From an uncultured delta proteobacterium (GTDB taxonomy: Bacteria; Myxococcota_A; Polyangia; Polyangiales; B10-G4), in contig CAVSGI010000012.1 of the NCBI GenBank assembly GCA_963727445.1, positions 128,001-192,000 on the forward strand: a DNA stretch of 64,000 nt, given 5' to 3'. Below, in pieces: positions 59,040 through 64,000 of this stretch. Both the position numbers and the translations under genes were made by a program. Under the pieces are notes generated by a model that saw nothing but the letters and a program-made list of their open reading frames with translations, had not been told where the DNA came from and did not search any database. Numbering within the stretch: position 1 is the first letter of the stretch; every line of letters starts with the position of its first letter.

Positions 59040-60050
59040 ATGCGATTCTTGGTGGCTCTAACGCTGGTCTGTATGGGTGCGCATGCGCTCGCCCCGGCCA
59101 TCGCGGATGCCCAACGCCAGCGGCGACAGGCCGCGGCGGAAGAGGGTCCGAGCGAAGAAGCCCGTGCCGCTGCGCGCGAAGCGTATGGCCGCGGCCAGAC
59201 GGCTTTCGACGCGGGCGACTACGAGAACGCGCTCGCGGCGTTCCAAGAGGCTTACGAGGCCGTCCCGAATCCGATCGTCCTGGTCAGCATCGCCAACAGC
59301 GAGGAGCGCCTCGGCGACGTCCGGGCGGCGGTCGAGACCCTCGAGCAGTATCTCGAGGAGCGCGCCGACGCTCCGGATCGCGAGGAGATCGAGCTGCGAC
59401 TCGCCGACCTCCGTTCGCGGCCGGCGCATCTGGACATCTCTTCCACTCCGACCGGCGCCTCCATCACCCTCGATGGAGAGGCGCGTGAGGAGGTCACCCC
59501 GGCCGAGATCGAAGTGCCGGCGGGCGAGCACACCATCGGCCTCTCCCTCGAGGGATACGAGGACTCGACCGAGACCGTCACCGTCTCCTTCGGCGAGCGC
59601 ATCGAGCACGCGCCCGTCCTCGCCGAGGCCGAGCCCGTCGCCGACGAGTTCGGCGAAGAAGGGGAGGGTGACGAGTACGACACCGAAGAGGAAGAGACCG
59701 AGGAGATCGAGGAGGAGGAGGGCGTCAGCGCGGGGGTGTGGGTCACTTCCGCCATCGCCGGCGTCAGCCTCATCACGGGCACGGTGTTGGGCTTCCTCGC
59801 CCTCAGCCAGCAGTCCGAGTTCGACGACATGCCCACCACCGATACCGCGGACAAGGGCGAGCTCTTCGCCCTCTTCGCCGACGTGGGCTTCGGCCTCGCC
59901 GCCGCAATGGCGATCACCGCGGTGGTCCTCTACCTCACGAGCTCCGACGACGAGGATGAGGAGGAAGAGGACGAGGAATCCGCATCGCTCACCATCGTCC
60001 CAGCGGTTGGCTCTCACGGGGGCGGCGTCGCCGCCAACCTCACCTTCTGA
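59040..60050 (+). CDS. TPR + PEGA domain protein
   Basis: Signal peptide, TPR helices, SSTPTGASITLDG...TP...GEH PEGA motif, C-terminal hydrophobic hairpin. Confidence 0.85.
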   Translation: MRFLVALTLVCMGAHALAPAIADAQRQRRQAAAEEGPSEEARAAAREAYGRGQTAFDAGDYENALAAFQEAYEAVPNPIVLVSIANSEERLGDVRAAVETLEQYLEERADAPDREEIELRLADLRSRPAHLDISSTPTGASITLDGEAREEVTPAEIEVPAGEHTIGLSLEGYEDSTETVTVSFGERIEHAPVLAEAEPVADEFGEEGEGDEYDTEEEETEEIEEEEGVSAGVWVTSAIAGVSLITGTVLGFLALSQQSEFDDMPTTDTADKGELFALFADVGFGLAAAMAITAVVLYLTSSDDEDEEEEDEESASLTIVPAVGSHGGGVAANLTF

Positions 60051-60067
60051 TCGTGGAGCGCTTCGAC

Positions 60068-60979
60068 ATGGCTCTTCATCCGAAAAAGTTCCTCACATTT
60101 CTCGTGCTCCTTCCTCTGGCCGGCTGTGAGCTGGTGGTCGATTTCGACCGCACCCTCATCATCGACGCCACGATGGAGGACGCGGGCATGGACGCCGAGC
60201 CCGATGCGGCCGGCGACGGCGGCGATGCTGGCGATGGCGGTGACGCCGGCGACGGCGGCGACGCTGGCGACGCGATGATGGATGCGTCCGGCGATGCGAT
60301 GATGGATGCGTCCGGCGATGCGATGATGGATGCGTCCGGCGATGCGATGATGGATGCATCGGGCGATGCGTCCGGCGACGCGATGATGGATGCGTCCACC
60401 GACGCCTCCGGTGATGCGTCGGGCGACGCCACCGCGGACGCTTCCGCGGTGTGTGGCAACGGCACCATCGAGAGCCCGGAGGTCTGTGACGACGGCAACA
60501 TGCTCGCGTGCGGCACCTGCAGCGCAAACTGCATGGTGGCCCAGCCGCTCGCCGCCGCGACCGGCTCCATCACCACCCCGGTGGCTGCGATGCTGGCCGA
60601 CACCGAGACCTTCGTCCTCGACGACGGAAACCACGCGGCGACCACCTTCGAATTCGACACCGACGCCAGCGCCACCGGCGTCGCCGTCGACATCTCCGGC
60701 GCCACCACCGCCAACGACGTCCGCGACGCGATCGTCGCCGCCGTCAACGGCGCGGCCTCCCTCGACATCACGGCGAGCGCCGGCACCGTGGGTGTGGTCG
60801 ACCTGGTCAACGACGTCAGCGGGTCCGCCGGAAACGTGGCGATCACCGAGACCGTGAGCGACGCTGGCTTCACCGTCACCGGCATGTCCGGGGGCGCGGG
60901 GAACGACTGCATGTCGGGCGACGGTTGCGCCAGCTCCGACGATTGCGAGATGACCTGCACGTCCATGACGTGCGACTGA
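60068..60979 (+). CDS. Myxobacterial Cys-rich lipoprotein with DAG/DAS repeat linker
   Basis: Lipobox LAGC; (DGGDAG)n and (DASGDAMM)n repeats; CGNG..E..EVCDDGN motif. Confidence 0.75.
   Translation: MALHPKKFLTFLVLLPLAGCELVVDFDRTLIIDATMEDAGMDAEPDAAGDGGDAGDGGDAGDGGDAGDAMMDASGDAMMDASGDAMMDASGDAMMDASGDASGDAMMDASTDASGDASGDATADASAVCGNGTIESPEVCDDGNMLACGTCSANCMVAQPLAAATGSITTPVAAMLADTETFVLDDGNHAATTFEFDTDASATGVAVDISGATTANDVRDAIVAAVNGAASLDITASAGTVGVVDLVNDVSGSAGNVAITETVSDAGFTVTGMSGGAGNDCMSGDGCASSDDCEMTCTSMTCD
60269..60400 (+). repeat. Coding 24-bp tandem repeat (DASGDAMM)
   Basis: GATGCGTCCGGCGATGCGATGATG, about 4-5 copies, inside the 60068..60979 gene. Confidence 0.85.
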
Positions 60980-60996
60980 GCGTCGTCCGCTAGCGC

Positions 60997-62289
60997 CTAA
61001 CCGCCCTGATGCTCGCGCGCGGCCTGGGCCGCAGCGCGGGCCTCGTGCACCCGCCAGGCGCGGGAGCGAATGGCGCGGATCACCATGATGCTGGTGCCGC
61101 CGGCGATCCCGTGTCCGAGGGGCGGGTCGTCCGCGACCATGCCCCGGATGAGCCAGCTCGCGTCGGCGGGGTCGAAGTCGGCCCAGCCGACCACCACCGC
61201 CTCGCCGCTCGGATAGCCCATTCGTTCGAAGCGCCAGCGTCCGCCCTCGAGCGCGCCCTCGATCGCGTCGATCGAGACGACGTTGCCCTCTTCGCGAAGG
61301 CGCATCTGTCCGGACGAGCCGATGAGCGGCAGGTTGACGCCCCACTCGAAGTCGAGGTCCTCCTCACCCTGCCGAACCACCCGCGCGTAGCTCCCTGGGA
61401 CCAGGGCCGGCCCGAACTCGCGCGGGTCGGTCATCACCTCGCGCGTGCGCTCCTGACCCTTGCCGATGCGGCCGATCACGGTCACCTGGTTCAGGCGATC
61501 GCCGGTGGTGTCCATGAGCAGCAGATCGCCGCGGGACAACAGCCGCGCCATCGCGACGATGTTCACGTCGGGGCGGCTGAGCGGCGGCCTCTCTTCGTGC
61601 TCGGGCGGGGCGCCGACCAGGCGCTCGGCCTCCATCTTCGTCCCGTGCAACATCACGAAGGCGAGGGTGATGTTCACGGTGCGGTTGATGGAGTTCTGGC
61701 CGCGGTTGATCTGGCGGGTGAGGTAGTTCGCGTCGCGGATGTCGAGGCGCGTGGAGAGCGTCAACAGCGACTCGTTGTCGCCCTGCTGGTACACGCGCCA
61801 GACGAGGCGGCCGGTGCCGAGGTCGCCGCCGGTCGCGCGCGACTCTATCCGGTAGGGCCGGTCACTGCGGCCCTGCGGCGACGGGTAGACCTGCAGCACG
61901 CTGTCGCCGCGGAGGGTGAAGACCGCCGTCTGCCAGGTCCAGTGATACGAGGTCATGTTCTGGCGGTGGTCGGTGATCTCCACCGAGTCGAGCGCCGGCA
62001 TGAAGCGCGGATAGCGGGACGGGTCGGCGATCACCTGGGCCACCCGCTCCGCGGGCGCACGCACCTTCACGGCGAAATGGACACCCGGCAGATCGGCGCC
62101 GCCTCCGCGGAACTCGACGAGGGCGACGGGGCCGCGCTCGAGGTGAGGCGCGAGCACCTCGCGGTCCTGACGGCTGAGGTTCGACAGGCGGGCGTGCTCG
62201 GCATCCCGGGGGTCGTCGCGAGGAGGCTCCTGGGCCGCAGCGACGGCGCTGGTCAGGAGGGCGAAAAGAAGGAAGGGCAGGGCGCGCAT
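60997..62289 (-). CDS. Exported tandem SRPBCC/START-like domain protein
   Basis: Signal peptide; APAERVAQVIADPSRYPRFMP START-like motif, duplicated (VMTDPREFGPALVP). Confidence 0.65.
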   Translation of the reverse strand: MRALPFLLFALLTSAVAAAQEPPRDDPRDAEHARLSNLSRQDREVLAPHLERGPVALVEFRGGGADLPGVHFAVKVRAPAERVAQVIADPSRYPRFMPALDSVEITDHRQNMTSYHWTWQTAVFTLRGDSVLQVYPSPQGRSDRPYRIESRATGGDLGTGRLVWRVYQQGDNESLLTLSTRLDIRDANYLTRQINRGQNSINRTVNITLAFVMLHGTKMEAERLVGAPPEHEERPPLSRPDVNIVAMARLLSRGDLLLMDTTGDRLNQVTVIGRIGKGQERTREVMTDPREFGPALVPGSYARVVRQGEEDLDFEWGVNLPLIGSSGQMRLREEGNVVSIDAIEGALEGGRWRFERMGYPSGEAVVVGWADFDPADASWLIRGMVADDPPLGHGIAGGTSIMVIRAIRSRAWRVHEARAAAQAAREHQGG

Positions 62290-62394
62290 CGAAGGCTTGG
62301 ACGCAGCAAGCGCCTGGTCCTTCAAAATCCCGGGTATCCACGGGCGCCGACCCTGATATGTCCTCATACTTCCGCCGTGCGTGTCCCAGCGAAG

Positions 62395-62553
62395 ATGACC
62401 CTACGGGCGGTCCTTCTTTGGACGATCGCTGCGGTTTTGGCCCTCGCGCTCGCCTATTGGGACTTCTCCGATTCTAGCGCGCCCGCCGCCCAGGCGCCTC
62501 CCAACTCGGCCGAGGACGTGGAGATCGAGGTGGTTTACGAGGTACGGGAGTGA
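62395..62553 (+). CDS. Small membrane protein (52 aa)
   Basis: MTLRAVLLWTIAAVLALALAYWD...; stop overlaps the GTG of the next gene (GTGA). Confidence 0.45.
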   Translation: MTLRAVLLWTIAAVLALALAYWDFSDSSAPAAQAPPNSAEDVEIEVVYEVRE

Positions 62554-63374
62554 CGAAGCCGAAGACCCTCCGCTTCTGCACCTTGAACATCTGGAATCGC
62601 GAGGGGCCCTGGGAAGAGCGCCAGAAGGCGATTCGCGCCGAGGTCCTCGCCCTCCGCCCCGACGTGGTCGCTTTCCAGGAGGTGTTGGCCATCACCCCGG
62701 AAGGGGGGCGCGAGACCCAGGCCGAGCAGATCCTCGAAGGGCTCGGGTGGCACGTGGCCTACGCGCCCGGTCACGAGCTCGTCCCCGGCATCTTCTTCGG
62801 CAACGCCCTCGCGAGCCCCCACCCCATCCGCGACGAGGAGCGCATCGAGCTCCCCGGCGCCGATCGAAGCGATCAGGTTCGCTGCATCCTCTCCGCCGTG
62901 GTCGACACGCCCCTCGGCGCGCTCCATGCGTTCTCGACGCACCTCAACTGGAAGCACCACGAGGGCGCCATCCGTCTGGCACAAGCGGTTCGCGTCGCCG
63001 AGGCGGTGGACGCGCGATGTCCCCGCGGCGATGCCCTGCCCCCGGTCGTGTTGGGCGACTTCAACGCCACGCCCGACTCCGATGCCATCCGCTACCTCAA
63101 AGGCCTGCACGTCGTCAGCGGTCGGAGCGTGCATTTCGCCGACGCGTGGACCTGGACGAACAACCAGGAGCCCGGCTACACCTTCGATCCCGACAACGAC
63201 TTCGCGGCCCGACTGCACGAGCCGGCGCGAAGGGTCGACTACATCTTCGTTCGCTGTGACGAGAGCGGCTCGCGGGGCAAGCCCCAGAGCGCACGACTCG
63301 CGTTTCACGAGCCGATCGACGGCGTATATCCCTCCGACCACTACGGTCTGGTCGCGGACGTTCGCTACGACTGA
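62550..63374 (+). CDS. Endonuclease/exonuclease/phosphatase family protein
   Basis: TLNIW, AFQEV, THL, LGDFNA, RVDYIF, PSDHYG. Confidence 0.9.
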   Translation: MTKPKTLRFCTLNIWNREGPWEERQKAIRAEVLALRPDVVAFQEVLAITPEGGRETQAEQILEGLGWHVAYAPGHELVPGIFFGNALASPHPIRDEERIELPGADRSDQVRCILSAVVDTPLGALHAFSTHLNWKHHEGAIRLAQAVRVAEAVDARCPRGDALPPVVLGDFNATPDSDAIRYLKGLHVVSGRSVHFADAWTWTNNQEPGYTFDPDNDFAARLHEPARRVDYIFVRCDESGSRGKPQSARLAFHEPIDGVYPSDHYGLVADVRYD

Positions 63375-63388
63375 TAAGCTCGTCATAG

Positions 63389-64000
63389 GTGAGCGAAGGC
63401 ACCAAATTCGGCCGTTACGATCTGCTGGAGCCCATCGCCAAAGGTGGAATGGCGGAGGTGTTCAAGGCGCGGGCGCGTGAGGACGTGGGCTTCGAGCGCA
63501 TCGTCGCGGTCAAGCGCATCCTGCCGAACCTCGCCGCCGACGAGGAGTTCGTCTCGATGTTCATCGACGAGGCGAAGATCGCGGTCCAGCTGACCCACGC
63601 GAGCATTGCCCAGATCTTCGATCTCGGCCGGGTGGAGGAGCACTACTACATCGCCCTCGAGTACATCCACGGGCGGGATCTCCGGGCGCTCACCAACGCC
63701 GAGCGGGCGCGCGGCGGAGCGGTCCCCATCGACGTCGCCTGCTTCATCGTGATGAAGGTCGCCGAGGCGCTCGACTACGCCCACCGCGCGGCGGGCCGGG
63801 ACGGGCAACCCCTGAACGTCATCCATCGCGACGTCTCGCCCCAGAACGTCATCGTGTCCTTCGACGGGGACGTCAAAGTCATCGACTTCGGCCTCGCGAA
63901 GGCGGCGGGTCGTGCGACCCAGACCCAGGCCGGCATCCTGAAGGGCAAGCTGGCCTACCTCTCCCCCGAGCAGGCGCAAGGGGAGACCATCGACTGGCGC
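63389..64000 (+). CDS. Ser/Thr protein kinase (3' truncated by window)
   Basis: GTG 63389: FGRYDLL..AKGGMAEVF, VAVKRILP, IHRDVSPQN, IDFGLAK, GKLAYLSPEQ. Confidence 0.9.
   Translation, partial: MSEGTKFGRYDLLEPIAKGGMAEVFKARAREDVGFERIVAVKRILPNLAADEEFVSMFIDEAKIAVQLTHASIAQIFDLGRVEEHYYIALEYIHGRDLRALTNAERARGGAVPIDVACFIVMKVAEALDYAHRAAGRDGQPLNVIHRDVSPQNVIVSFDGDVKVIDFGLAKAAGRATQTQAGILKGKLAYLSPEQAQGETIDWR

Noticed and set aside
60200..60440. DAG/DAS repeats as a regulatory or mobile repeat
   Set aside because: They form an in-frame low-complexity linker that is common in myxobacterial lipoproteins.

Overview
GC-rich chromosomal window with a strong myxobacterial (Myxococcota, probably Polyangiales/Sandaracinus-like) signature: many Cys-rich lipoproteins, several Hanks-type Ser/Thr kinases, and PEGA/TPR, VWA, FGE-sulfatase, DGPF/YciI, ECF-sigma and two-component genes. 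These lie among housekeeping genes (nth, plsX, mepA-like, era, der, lgt-like, rlmN-like). I recognised no rRNA, tRNA, CRISPR array or transposase. Several single-base frameshifts, including two in essential der, suggest long-read consensus errors. Two regions stand out. (1) ~19-27.6 kb: an EEP nuclease/phosphatase, a tandem two-kinase membrane protein with a PhnD-like sensor and a Zn-dependent deaminase form an apparent operon that converges on an amidohydrolase fused to a CPAF-like S41 protease. This is a candidate undescribed signalling, nucleotide-modifying or conflict system. (2) 49.69-51.56 kb: a ~1.9-kb non-coding composite element in which ~235-bp diverged inverted arms enclose a 13+ copy 51-bp array with an invariant palindrome, flanked by 130-bp tandem units. 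An exact 18-bp inverted match links it to a second palindromic 52-bp tandem repeat at ~30 kb. All product calls come from motif recognition by eye; no database searches were run.
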